DNA of 64,000 nucleotides, from contig JBHEMG010000185.1 in assembly GCA_046262715.1 (NCBI GenBank), positions 2,425-66,424 on the forward strand, given 5' to 3'. Of this stretch, positions 17,080 to 25,984 are shown piece after piece (position 1 is the first letter of the stretch; the number at the start of each line of letters is the position of its first letter). Under the pieces are notes generated by a model. It was not told the DNA's origin. It was given only the letters and a program-made list of their open reading frames with translations, and searched no databases. Source of the stretch: Gemmatimonadales bacterium. GTDB taxonomy: Bacteria; Gemmatimonadota; Gemmatimonadetes; Gemmatimonadales; GWC2-71-9. The translations under genes and the position numbers were made by a program.

Positions 17080-18074
17080 CGCTTCATCGCCTCCTCCACG
17101 ATCCGCTGGATGAAGGCGTTGTACTTCATCCCCGCTTTCTCCGCCGCGTCGGCCATTTCGTTTTCGACTGCGAGAAACGGGTTGGGATTGACCTCGAGAA
17201 CGTACACCTCATCGTCGTGCGTCAAGCGCACGTCCACGCGCCCGTAGTCCTGCAGCCAGAGCGCGTGGAACGCCGTGCTGCAGATCTCTCCGATGCGTGT
17301 GGCCAGCTCGGCCGATATACCCTTGGCGAAGACGTTCTTGATCTTCTTGCGCTTGCGGTATTCTTCGTCCCACTTCGCCTTGTAGGTCGCGATGCGATGC
17401 TCGCTCGTCTCCGGCTCGCCGAACGTCATCTCGGTGAGCGGCAACACTTCCACGCTGTCGTTGCCGAGGAGGCCCACGTACACCTCACGCCCCTCCACGA
17501 GCTCCTCGACGATCGCCGCCTGATGATGCTTGGTGTGAATGAACTCGACGCGCTGCGTCAACGATTCGTCGTCTTCGACCACAGACGCCTGCGAGATACC
17601 AATCGACGCGTCCTCGAGCAGCGGCTTCACGATGAGCGGGAAGCGCAACTCGGAGGGCCGCACCAGCTCGTCGTCCTCGTGAAATTCCGCGAACGCCGGC
17701 ACACGAATGTCGTGATACGCGAGGACTTTTTTCGTCAGCGACTTGTTGCGGGCCACCAGCAGCCCCGTCGGAGACGATCCGGTGTAGCGGTAGCCGTACA
17801 TATCGAGAACGGCGGCGACGGCGTACTCGTGGCGCGCGTGCCCCCGAAACGACTCGCAGCCATTGAAGACCAGCTTCGGGCCGAACGCGGCCAGCTTGTC
17901 GAGCAGCGGCCCTATCTCTTCCCCGATGCCAATCATGTGCACGTCGTGGTCGTTCGCCATCAGCGCGCGCGCCACATCGTACTCCGCTTCCTGCGCGTTC
18001 TCGTTCACTTCGCGCTTGAAGGCGGCGTCGTCCCAGTCGGGATGCGGCGAATCGAAGATGACCGCGATTTTCAT
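17076..18074 (-). CDS. ATP-grasp enzyme of the D-alanine--D-alanine ligase family
   Basis: This is the C-terminal 332 aa of ORF 17076..18944: MKIAVIFDSP...NKSLTKKVLAYHDIRVP...FPLIVKPLLEDASIGI...VLEVNPNP. ATG 18074 overlaps the MFS stop (ATGA). The longer N-terminal extension overlaps the MFS gene out of frame. Confidence 0.85.
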   Translation of the reverse strand: MKIAVIFDSPHPDWDDAAFKREVNENAQEAEYDVARALMANDHDVHMIGIGEEIGPLLDKLAAFGPKLVFNGCESFRGHARHEYAVAAVLDMYGYRYTGSSPTGLLVARNKSLTKKVLAYHDIRVPAFAEFHEDDELVRPSELRFPLIVKPLLEDASIGISQASVVEDDESLTQRVEFIHTKHHQAAIVEELVEGREVYVGLLGNDSVEVLPLTEMTFGEPETSEHRIATYKAKWDEEYRKRKKIKNVFAKGISAELATRIGEICSTAFHALWLQDYGRVDVRLTHDDEVYVLEVNPNPFLAVENEMADAAEKAGMKYNAFIQRIVEEAMKR

Positions 18075-19462
18075 ATCGTGACGCGCTCCATGTCCCGAGA
18101 CACCGTCTTCAGGGCGATGAGAATCACGATGCCACCCAACATCCCGACGGCAGGCAGCAGCAGCATCGCCGTGCGCAGGCTCCCCGTCTGATCCGACAGA
18201 TACCCGATGAGCGGCGGCGCCAGCGCGTCGCCGGCAAGGTGCGAGAAGAGCACGAACGCACCCAGAACCGACGCCTGCACCGCCGGCGGCACGACGTCGA
18301 GAATAACCGCAACGAGCGGCCCGTTGTACCACGTATAGAGGAAATACGTCGCCATGATCAGCGGCGCGAACCAGCGGAGATCGTCGACCAGCAGCAGCGC
18401 GACGCAGACCGGGGCCCCGAGCACGAAACCCGCCCCCGAGACGAGCACCCGCCCCCCTCCCCAGCGCTGCTGCAGGCGATCGGCCAAGCGGCCACCAGTA
18501 AGCGCGCCCAGCACGCCACCGCACAGCGCCCACAGACCGAACTCCGCCCCGACGCGGGCGACCGACAGACCGTGCATGCGCTGCATGAACGCGGCCGCCC
18601 AGGCGATCAGACCATTCACCGCGAACGTCACCATCGCGCCGCCGAGAAATATCCAGATCAGTGTCGGCCTGCGCAGCACGTGCACCGCGGCATCTTGGAA
18701 GTCGTCGAGCGCGCCGGCGGCGACGGCACCCGCCTCCGTCGTACGCTTCACAGCCAGAGGCACGAGACGCGAGACGGTGAGCGCGATGCCAGCGCTCATC
18801 CCGACGCCGAACACTGCCGTGCCGATTTGCGAGGGGATTCCTTCGAACAGCGCCAGGATTCCGGCCAATCCGGCTCCGACTCCCGCGCAGATCGCGAGTG
18901 GCCCGATATAGTGTGTGACGCCGTGCATGCCGCTGCGCCACCACTGGAGAAGAATCTCCGCAACGGGCGGCGGTGGATGGCGGTCGAGCTCCCGCAGCCG
19001 CGACGCCAGCAGCGCCAACCCCAGCCCTGGGATGCCCATCCAGATGAACGCCCAGCGCCAGCCGTAATGCTCCGCGATCACGCCGCCGAACCAGATACCG
19101 AGCACTCCACCCAGCGCCATGCCCACCGAGTAGACGCCGATCGCAAACGCGCGGCGCCGCCCCTTGTAGTACTGCGCGATGATGGCCTGCGACGCGGGGC
19201 CGTAGCCGGCCTCACCGAAACCGACCAGTGCGCGGCATGCGAACAGCTGCCAGAAATGCCGCACGATGCCGCCCAACGCGGTCGCCGCACTCCACACCGT
19301 GACGCCCCACGTGATGACGCTGCGGCGCGAGCGCAGATCGCCGATCACGCCGAGCGGCAGCGCCGCCAGCGACAGCACGATGATATACGCCGAACCGAGC
19401 CAGCCGAGCTGGGTGTCGGAAACGCGCAGATCACGTTTGATAGGCTCGAACACCGCAAACAC
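18071..19462 (-). CDS. MFS transporter (annotated from the first canonical start; the true N-terminus probably lies further upstream)
   Basis: Multiple TM helices and the MFS loop motif GDLRSRR. The in-frame sequence upstream of GTG 19462 encodes RAYAAYVLGLLTFVNLLNYLDRNV, a typical MFS TM1, but contains no ATG, GTG or TTG (see findings). Confidence 0.8.
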   Translation of the reverse strand: MFAVFEPIKRDLRVSDTQLGWLGSAYIIVLSLAALPLGVIGDLRSRRSVITWGVTVWSAATALGGIVRHFWQLFACRALVGFGEAGYGPASQAIIAQYYKGRRRAFAIGVYSVGMALGGVLGIWFGGVIAEHYGWRWAFIWMGIPGLGLALLASRLRELDRHPPPPVAEILLQWWRSGMHGVTHYIGPLAICAGVGAGLAGILALFEGIPSQIGTAVFGVGMSAGIALTVSRLVPLAVKRTTEAGAVAAGALDDFQDAAVHVLRRPTLIWIFLGGAMVTFAVNGLIAWAAAFMQRMHGLSVARVGAEFGLWALCGGVLGALTGGRLADRLQQRWGGGRVLVSGAGFVLGAPVCVALLLVDDLRWFAPLIMATYFLYTWYNGPLVAVILDVVPPAVQASVLGAFVLFSHLAGDALAPPLIGYLSDQTGSLRTAMLLLPAVGMLGGIVILIALKTVSRDMERVTI

Positions 19463-19559
19463 GACGTTGCGGTCGAGATAGTTGAGAAGATTGACGAAGG
19501 TCAGCAGTCCCAGGACGTATGCGGCGTACGCCCTGGTGCGGGTGCGAGACTTCGCTCCG

Positions 19560-20696
19560 TCAGGTGGCGCGGCCGCCAGTTGCTGCCTCGGCGCGGGCGT
19601 CCCGATCCGCCTTGGCCTCGAGATAGGAAGTCGTGAGCTCGCGCATCATCTCCGTGCGTTTCTCGTACAGCCGCTTCAGCGGCCGGGGCGCGCGCCGGGC
19701 GAGCGCGTAGGACGCCAGGATCGGAAACGCCACTGTGTTGTCGAGATACGCCACCACCGTCCCCGGCAGCTTGTCGGGATCTACTTTGCCCCAACTCACC
19801 GCCTCCGACGGTGTCGCGCCTGAAAGACCGCCGGTATCGGGACGGGCGTCGGTGAGCTGCAGATAGTAATCGTGGCCCTTTTCGCTGATCCCCAGGACTT
19901 CCTGAATCTGCGGCTCCGTTTGGAGCACGAAATTCTTGGGACTCCCGCCGCCGATGATCAGGATGCCGCTCTTGCCGCCATGAATTTTGGCCGTGAACAC
20001 GATGGCCGACGTTTCATTGACGTCGGCGCTGACGTCGAAGCGCAGCTTGCTGCCCGATAGTGCCTGCTCGGCGACGTTCATTCCGATCGACGAATCGCCT
20101 GGAGACGACGTATAAATTGGGACGGCCGCCGCGTGCGCCGCGCCGAGCACCGATTTGCGCGAGAGACCGAGCGCTTTTTCGCGCTCGAGCACATACCCGC
20201 CGAGCAGATAGTGGTATTCCGCGGTGCTCATCGACCGCTGGAATTCGGGGCGCGCTGAGACTTCACGCACAAAGCGGTCCGTCGACAGGAGCACGTCGTA
20301 ATCGAAGAAGATGTCATAGATCCGCACGACCCCTTCTTCGCGCAGGACGACGTCGTCCGCAAACGGCGTGCCGCGATGCATGGCCATGCCCAGCCCGAAG
20401 TGCGCGTCGTGGTAGAGATTGGCGCCGGTCGAAACGATCCAGTCGAGGAACCCCGCCTCGATGAGCGGAATGATCGTCGACATGCCGAGTCCCGCCGGCG
20501 TCATCGCCCCCGTGAGACTCATGCCCACGGTAACGTCGGCCTCGAGCATGCGCTCGGCAAACAGCCGACACCCTTCACCCAGGCGCCCGGCGTTGTAGGC
20601 GAGAAAGGCGTTGTCGACGAGATCGGCAACCGTTTCTTTCCCGCTGATCGGCTTCGGATTGATGCGCTGTCCGCGCAGGAAGTTGTTTTGCGTCAT
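19560..20696 (-). CDS. Deoxyhypusine synthase-like (DHS / homospermidine synthase-like) NAD-dependent aminobutyl transferase family protein
   Basis: ORF 19560..20879. Conserved from [39 protein letters not shown]...[14 protein letters not shown]...STGANLYHD...[13 protein letters not shown] 20696 overlaps the LOG stop (ATGA). Confidence 0.85.
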   Translation of the reverse strand: MTQNNFLRGQRINPKPISGKETVADLVDNAFLAYNAGRLGEGCRLFAERMLEADVTVGMSLTGAMTPAGLGMSTIIPLIEAGFLDWIVSTGANLYHDAHFGLGMAMHRGTPFADDVVLREEGVVRIYDIFFDYDVLLSTDRFVREVSARPEFQRSMSTAEYHYLLGGYVLEREKALGLSRKSVLGAAHAAAVPIYTSSPGDSSIGMNVAEQALSGSKLRFDVSADVNETSAIVFTAKIHGGKSGILIIGGGSPKNFVLQTEPQIQEVLGISEKGHDYYLQLTDARPDTGGLSGATPSEAVSWGKVDPDKLPGTVVAYLDNTVAFPILASYALARRAPRPLKRLYEKRTEMMRELTTSYLEAKADRDARAEAATGGRAT

Positions 20697-21463
20697 CGCG
20701 TGGACTGGCCGATCGACTGCATGGCACGGAACGCTCGCGTACGGCGCTCCCGCGCGTCCACAATCCAGCCGAGCGCCTCCTTCGGCTCGTCCGTCACCAG
20801 GAACAGACTGAGATCCTCGGGCGAGATCTTTCCTTCGCCGGCGACGCGTTCCTTCAGCCAGGTGACGAGGCCGGCCCAATAATCGCGGCCGAACAGAACG
20901 ACCGGGAATTGCTTCACCTTGCCCGTCTGCACGAGCGTGAGCGCTTCGAACAACTCATCCATCGTCCCGTATCCGCCCGGGAAGGTGATGAATGCGGTGG
21001 AATACTTTACGAACATCGTCTTACGGACGAAGAAGTAGCGAAAGTTGATCGAGCGCTCTACCCAGCGGTTGGTCCCCTGTTCGAACGGCAGCTCGATGTT
21101 GCAGCCGATCGACAGGCCGCCGCCCTCCTTGGCTCCGCGGTTCGCGGCTTCCATGATCCCCGGGCCGCCACCGGTGATGATCGCAAACCCCTCCTTGGCG
21201 AGCAACCGTGACGTCTCGTGCGCGGCCGCGTAGTAGGGGTCACTTTCGGGCGTGCGCGCCGAGCCGAAGACCGTCACGGCGTTGCGCACGTCCGACAGCG
21301 TATCAAATCCCTCGACGAACTCGCCCATGATGCGCAGCACGCGCCACGGATCGGTGCTCGTGAAGGATGCCCGCCGCTCGATCGGAACGACCTGCGGCGG
21401 GATGAGGAGCTGCTCGTCCTCAGTGAGTGGGCTGCGAGGCGAGGCGCTCGGTTGCTCTGACAT
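20693..21463 (-). CDS. LOG family / TIGR00730 Rossmann-fold protein (often mis-annotated as lysine decarboxylase; phosphoribohydrolase family)
   Basis: Motifs [14 protein letters not shown] and [14 protein letters not shown], with a long N-terminal extension. The start is either ATG 21463 or ATG 21505; both overlap the 3' end of the upstream gene. Confidence 0.8.
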   Translation of the reverse strand: MSEQPSASPRSPLTEDEQLLIPPQVVPIERRASFTSTDPWRVLRIMGEFVEGFDTLSDVRNAVTVFGSARTPESDPYYAAAHETSRLLAKEGFAIITGGGPGIMEAANRGAKEGGGLSIGCNIELPFEQGTNRWVERSINFRYFFVRKTMFVKYSTAFITFPGGYGTMDELFEALTLVQTGKVKQFPVVLFGRDYWAGLVTWLKERVAGEGKISPEDLSLFLVTDEPKEALGWIVDARERRTRAFRAMQSIGQSTR

Positions 21464-22583
21464 GGTCTTCCTGCACGTTATAGAAGAAGGGCGAGAACCG
21501 GACATGGCCCGGCCGCGTGTCGGCGATGACGCCGCCGGCTGCCAGGTGCCGCACCGACGCCGCGGGATCGGGCATCGGGATCATCACAATCGCCGAGCGC
21601 TGCCGGGGGTCGGCGGCCACCTTCGGGGTGAATCCCGCCCCGCGCGCCCGCGTGATGAGATCTTCGGTCAGGGCGGCGGTCACGTCGCGAATCGTGGGCA
21701 CGCCGATCTCTTCGATGTATTCGAGCCCGCCGAGCTGTGCGTATACTGCCGCGAGTGATGGCGTGCCGAGCTCGAAGCGCCGGGCATCGTCGTGGAACGT
21801 CAGCGCGCGTGGATCAAAAGCAAACTGATCGCGTTGCCCGAACCACCCCGAGATGCGCGGCTGAAGACGACGGGCGACCGCGTCGCGAACATACAGAAAC
21901 ACGATGCCCGGTCCCCCCAGCAGCCACTTCAAACCGCCGCCGACGAGGGCGTCTACGCCGGCCGCTTGCACGTCCACCGGGATCTGGCCGACCGCCTGGT
22001 AGGCATCGATCAAACAGAGTGCGCCGTGGGTGTGCGCCGCGTCGGCCACGCGCTTGATATCCTGAATCGCGCCGCTGGTGAAATAGACGTGTGAGGTCAC
22101 GACGAGCGCCGTGCGATCGTCGATCGCCCGCGCGATCGCGTCCACCGGCACGCTGATCTTGTCGGGACTCTCGACGATCACCAGCTCGACGCCCTGCGGC
22201 GCCTTCGCCAGCCACTGGTAGGCCACGGTCGGGAAGTCGAGGGACGTCACGACGACCCGCGGCCGCCGGGTGTAATCAATCGATTCGGCGACCGCGCTCA
22301 GCGCGACCGAAATGCTGGGCGCCAGAGCGATCTCGCCCGGCGCGGCGTTGACGATACGGGCGTAGCGAGCGCGCAACTCGATCAGCGCTTCCCACCAGAC
22401 ATTATACCACGCCGAGGCTCCGCGGCTCTGCCACAAATCAAGGAATTCCGCTACTTTGCGGCGGGACCGCTCGCCGAGGGCTCCCAGCGAGCAGGTATTG
22501 AGATAGACGCTGTTCTCAAAGATCGGGAACTCGCCGCGGTATTTGGCGAGTCCAAGCGCGCGCGGCTCTACGGCGAGCGTCAT
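21420..22583 (-). CDS. Aminotransferase class-V fold PLP-dependent enzyme (kynureninase / cysteine desulfurase-like superfamily)
   Basis: ORF 21420..22634. FPIFENSVYLNTCSLG, DAYQAVGQIPVD, and GGGLKWLLGGPG (putative PLP lysine). The start is ATG 22583 or GTG 22634. Confidence 0.8.
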   Translation of the reverse strand: MTLAVEPRALGLAKYRGEFPIFENSVYLNTCSLGALGERSRRKVAEFLDLWQSRGASAWYNVWWEALIELRARYARIVNAAPGEIALAPSISVALSAVAESIDYTRRPRVVVTSLDFPTVAYQWLAKAPQGVELVIVESPDKISVPVDAIARAIDDRTALVVTSHVYFTSGAIQDIKRVADAAHTHGALCLIDAYQAVGQIPVDVQAAGVDALVGGGLKWLLGGPGIVFLYVRDAVARRLQPRISGWFGQRDQFAFDPRALTFHDDARRFELGTPSLAAVYAQLGGLEYIEEIGVPTIRDVTAALTEDLITRARGAGFTPKVAADPRQRSAIVMIPMPDPAASVRHLAAGGVIADTRPGHVRFSPFFYNVQEDHVRATERLASQPTH

Positions 22584-22606
22584 AGGCCGGGGAATATACA
22601 GAAGGA

Positions 22607-22873
22607 ATGCGGCGTATCGCGAGTTGGTCCACACTCTATGTGCGTCTGGCGCTCAAGGCGCTGCTGCGTCCGCGACTCGCCGTCGACCTGTTGCGACTCG
22701 CGTGGAGTTTTCGCGCCCGCGATTGGTATCGCCACGCACCATTTCTGCCGATCCCACCTCGGGATTACATGCAGTGGCGCATGTTCACCGCGTACGGCGA
22801 CGCGGACGCCGTGCCGCCGGTGGATGACATCGCCAACTTCGCCCGCTGGCGCCGCGAGACGATGGGGCTGTGA
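22607..22873 (+). CDS. Hypothetical small protein (88 aa), coupled to queG
   Basis: ORF track entry. Its TGA stop overlaps the queG GTG (GTGA at 22870-22873). Basic and hydrophobic N-terminus. I recognise no family. Confidence 0.5.
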   Translation: MRRIASWSTLYVRLALKALLRPRLAVDLLRLAWSFRARDWYRHAPFLPIPPRDYMQWRMFTAYGDADAVPPVDDIANFARWRRETMGL

Positions 22874-23793
22874 TCGCGCTCAAGCAGCGCGCAGCGGCGT
22901 TGGGCTTTAGCGCAACTGGCATCGCCCGGCTCGATCGCAACCCGCACGCCGACGAGCTGGACCGCTGGCTGGCTGCCGCGCATGCCGGCACGATGACCTA
23001 CCTCAACCGCCAGGCCGAGAAGCGCAAGAACCCGCAGCTGATCATGCTCGGCGCGAGAACGGCGGTCGTCACGCTCACCAACTATTTCCACGGATCGAAT
23101 GACGCCGAGTCGGACGCGCGGAGTCGGGGCAAGGTGGCACAGTACGCTTGGTCTTCAGACTACCACGACGTGCTGGGCGCTCGTCTGGAGCAGCTGGCCG
23201 CGGCCATTCGCGAGCTCGTGCCCGGCTCCACGACACGCTGTTATGTGGACGCGGGACCAGTGCCCGAGCGCGAGCTGGCGCAGCTCGCCGGACTCGGCTG
23301 GATCGGCAAGAACATGATGTTGATTCACCCCGAGCTCGGCTCGTTCACCTTCATCGGAGTCGTGCTGACCGATGCCGACCTCCCGGCCGATCTGCCCTTC
23401 GAAGCCGACCGGTGCGGCACGTGCCGGCGCTGTCTCGATGCCTGCCCCACACAGGCGTTCGTCGCACCCCGCAATCTCGATGCGCGCGCGTGCATTTCGT
23501 ATCTCACCATCGAGCATCGCGGCGCATTCACCGAGATGCAGCGCACTCAAGTGGGTGAGTGGTTATTCGGGTGCGACGCATGCCAGGATGTGTGTCCCTG
23601 GAACGTGAGTTTTGCCCAGGTCACCCACGATCCGGGCTTCGTGCCCCGCCAGCATGTGGCGCATGCCGACGCACACGCGCTCGCAACGGTGCGGCAGGAC
23701 GAGTTCGCGTCCCATTACGGTGACACGCCGTTCCGTCGCCCCGGACTTCAGGGAATGCGACGCAATGCCGCGGCGGTATTGCTGGACGTATGA
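22870..23793 (+). CDS. queG: tRNA epoxyqueuosine(34) reductase
   Basis: AQYAWSSDYHDV, GLGWIGKN and two ferredoxin-type clusters: CGTCRRCLDACP and CDACQDVCPWN. Confidence 0.9.
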   Translation: MIALKQRAAALGFSATGIARLDRNPHADELDRWLAAAHAGTMTYLNRQAEKRKNPQLIMLGARTAVVTLTNYFHGSNDAESDARSRGKVAQYAWSSDYHDVLGARLEQLAAAIRELVPGSTTRCYVDAGPVPERELAQLAGLGWIGKNMMLIHPELGSFTFIGVVLTDADLPADLPFEADRCGTCRRCLDACPTQAFVAPRNLDARACISYLTIEHRGAFTEMQRTQVGEWLFGCDACQDVCPWNVSFAQVTHDPGFVPRQHVAHADAHALATVRQDEFASHYGDTPFRRPGLQGMRRNAAAVLLDV

Positions 23794-24059
23794 CCTCGCC
23801 CGAAGCCATCACCGATCTCCAGCGCAAACTGTCGGATGGGCTTGCGAGAATCGATCCGCATCACCGGCTGCTGGGGCGTCCTGTGCGCTTTCGGGTGATC
23901 GATGCCCGGATGCTCGAGATCACCTACCGGGATGTTGCGGGGATCGCCGACGCGGAGTTGCTGGGCGTCAAGCAGATCATCGGCCCGGAGTGCTCCTGCA
24001 GCGTCAGCCCGCAGACGGCCGAGCAGATCACGGTTCGCTTCGTCGTCCCACTCAGATAG
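23790..24059 (+). CDS. Hypothetical small protein (89 aa), coupled to queG
   Basis: ATG 23790 overlaps the queG stop (ATGA). I recognise no family. Confidence 0.5.
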   Translation: MTSPEAITDLQRKLSDGLARIDPHHRLLGRPVRFRVIDARMLEITYRDVAGIADAELLGVKQIIGPECSCSVSPQTAEQITVRFVVPLR

Positions 24060-24093
24060 ATCGATAGATCGAAGGAATGAGCTGAACACTCGG

Positions 24094-24116
24094 CATGGAG
24101 CTTGCGCGGCTCCATG
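24094..24116 (+). other. Perfect 8-bp stem hairpin in an intergenic region
   Basis: CATGGAGC ttgcgcg GCTCCATG. It is preceded by a tandem GATAGATC GATAGATC at 24055-24070 and has no U-tail, so its terminator function is doubtful. Confidence 0.3.
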
Positions 24117-24133
24117 TGGCAAAGGAGTGCTCA

Positions 24134-24496
24134 GTGAAAACGGCGACTCTCTCTGTGCTCGCGCTCGCAACCCTCGCGGCCTGCGCGACGACGACGCAAT
24201 ACACGCAGTGGCCCTACCGGGGGCCGATGATGATGGTTCACAATCCTACGACGAGCACGCTCGTCGTCATGGCGCGCGATGGTACGGGCCGCGAGCTCGT
24301 CGCGGCCCGCGTCGAGGCCAACAGCAAGCAATGCTTCCGCTGGCCGTTCATTCACGCCATCGGATACCTGGTGACTGCGGACTCCCGCGCCGACACGCTG
24401 ACGACCGAGCCGTTCAAGCCCTGGTCGGCTGACGGCTGGGAATGGACCGGCGGCGGGCAGGGCGAGCCGGTGTCCAATGCAAGAGTGTGCCGCTAG
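24134..24496 (+). CDS. Hypothetical lipoprotein
   Basis: This is the internal part of ORF 24095..24496. AAGGAG plus 7 nt plus GTG 24134 gives the signal plus lipobox MKTATLSVLALATLAAC. Confidence 0.6.
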   Translation: MKTATLSVLALATLAACATTTQYTQWPYRGPMMMVHNPTTSTLVVMARDGTGRELVAARVEANSKQCFRWPFIHAIGYLVTADSRADTLTTEPFKPWSADGWEWTGGGQGEPVSNARVCR

Positions 24497-24497
24497 C

Positions 24498-25976
24498 CTA
24501 CTTCGCCGCGACCCGCGACACGATGTCGTAATAGAACCGCAGGCCCACCCGCAGCGCATCAATGCGGACTCTCTCGTCGTTACCGTGCACGCCGCGCGAG
24601 TCTCCCTGACTCAGCGGAAATGGACCGAGCCCGTAGCTTGCGATCCCCAACCGGCGGAAATAATGACTGTCGGTAAAGCCCGGGAGCATCAAGGTCGTTA
24701 CCAGGGCGTTCGGAGCACGAGCGTGCGCCGCCGCCGTGATCGCGCGAAACATCTCCGTTTCGGTCGAGCTCTCGGTTGATGGCCAGCTCGGCCCCTGCGG
24801 TCGCAGCGTGATGGCCGTGTCGCCCACCACACGCGTCAGATCTGCGAGGAACGCGGCCGGGTCCTGCCCCGGCAGCAGACGGACGTCGATCGCTGCGGTC
24901 GCGACCGGCGGGATGACATTGGTCTTGTCGCTCCCCTTTAACCCGGTGATCGAAATCGTATTGCGCAGCAGCGCGTTGTAGGTCAGGTCGCTCGTGATCA
25001 AGCGCGCCGCCACAGAGTCCCGGAGCGCCGCGCGGATGTCGCTCAGCCAGCGCCGTACCGTCGAATCACTCTCGACGCTTGCGAGATCGCGGAACGATCG
25101 CTCGGCCGCCGGGGTCACGATCAGCGGCGTCTTCCAATTGGCGATACGCTGGAGCGCGCGTATGAGACGGTGCACCGGGTTGTCCGACGTGGGTCGTGAG
25201 CCGTGTCCCGCCGTACCTCGCGCCGTCACATTCAACCAGAATGGTGACTTCTCCGTCGTCCCGATTCCGTAAAACTCAGCGCTTCCCCGGCCATCGGAGC
25301 GTGTGAGCCCGCCCTCGGTCAGCAGGAACTCGGCGTCGCGCACGAGATCCGGTCTTTGATCGGCTATCCACGCCGCTCCGACACCGGCGCCGATCTCTTC
25401 GTCCGCGGTTGCGAGGAAGATGATGTCGCGCCTGAGCGGCACATGAGCGCGTTTGAGCACCAGCAACGTCATCAGCTGCGCGATGGCCTCGCCCTTCATG
25501 TCGAGCGCGCCCCGCCCCCATACGTAACCGTCTTTGATCAGCCCACTGAACGGATCGACGGTCCAGTATTCGGGCGATGCCAGGACGACATCCATGTGGT
25601 TCAACAGGATCAGCGGCCGGGCGCTGCCATCCCCCGGCAGACGGGCGTAGAGGTTCGCCTTACCCGGTGCCGGCTCGAAGACCTGGGACTCGATGCCGTC
25701 ACGCTGCAGCACCGCGGCGAGCCAGCGCGCGGCCGCGATCTCGTTCCCAGGCGGGTTGGTGGTGTTGATCCGTAGATACTGGGAGAGCAGTGCCGTGGCT
25801 TCGTCACCGAGCGCATTCCACTGGGGGTCCGTGGGCAAAGGACCGGCGATCACAGCGACCCGAGTGGGCGTCTCCATGACCGGAGCGGATGAAGGGCCCG
25901 CCAACGGCGGCGCTGGTCGATGAGTCGCGCAGCCAGCGAGGAGCAGCGCCACGGCAAGCGCGGAGAATCGTTCCAT
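24498..25976 (-). CDS. M20/M25/M40 family metallopeptidase (dipeptidase-like), lipoprotein signal
   Basis: LLLAGC lipobox, LLNHMDVV, GRGALDMKG, ATADEEIG. Confidence 0.85.
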   Translation of the reverse strand: MERFSALAVALLLAGCATHRPAPPLAGPSSAPVMETPTRVAVIAGPLPTDPQWNALGDEATALLSQYLRINTTNPPGNEIAAARWLAAVLQRDGIESQVFEPAPGKANLYARLPGDGSARPLILLNHMDVVLASPEYWTVDPFSGLIKDGYVWGRGALDMKGEAIAQLMTLLVLKRAHVPLRRDIIFLATADEEIGAGVGAAWIADQRPDLVRDAEFLLTEGGLTRSDGRGSAEFYGIGTTEKSPFWLNVTARGTAGHGSRPTSDNPVHRLIRALQRIANWKTPLIVTPAAERSFRDLASVESDSTVRRWLSDIRAALRDSVAARLITSDLTYNALLRNTISITGLKGSDKTNVIPPVATAAIDVRLLPGQDPAAFLADLTRVVGDTAITLRPQGPSWPSTESSTETEMFRAITAAAHARAPNALVTTLMLPGFTDSHYFRRLGIASYGLGPFPLSQGDSRGVHGNDERVRIDALRVGLRFYYDIVSRVAAK

Positions 25977-25984
25977 GTGTCCCC

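Noticed and set aside
17076-18944. A 622-aa ORF that looks like a giant fusion protein.
   Set aside because: Only the C-terminal 332 aa (from MKIAVIF at 18074) are ATP-grasp-like. The N-terminal 290 aa are Arg/Gly-rich and lie out of frame over the MFS gene. The ATGA junction at 18071-18074 explains the true start. The same logic applies to 31065..32792, 43895..44935, 14974..16047 and 10255..11712.
17076-19462. A graspetide/RiPP cluster (ATP-grasp plus transporter plus peptidase).
   Set aside because: The ATP-grasp resembles Ddl-type ligases rather than microviridin-type enzymes. I could not find a small precursor-peptide ORF with a repeated core motif adjacent to it. I kept it only as part of the broader operon hypothesis.
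21420-22583. A kynurenine pathway link between the kynureninase-like class-V PLP enzyme and the cyclase/formamidase-family gene at 48920..49582.
   Set aside because: The genes are about 27 kb apart in different operons. The cyclase lacks canonical metal ligands, and no tryptophan dioxygenase is present in the window.
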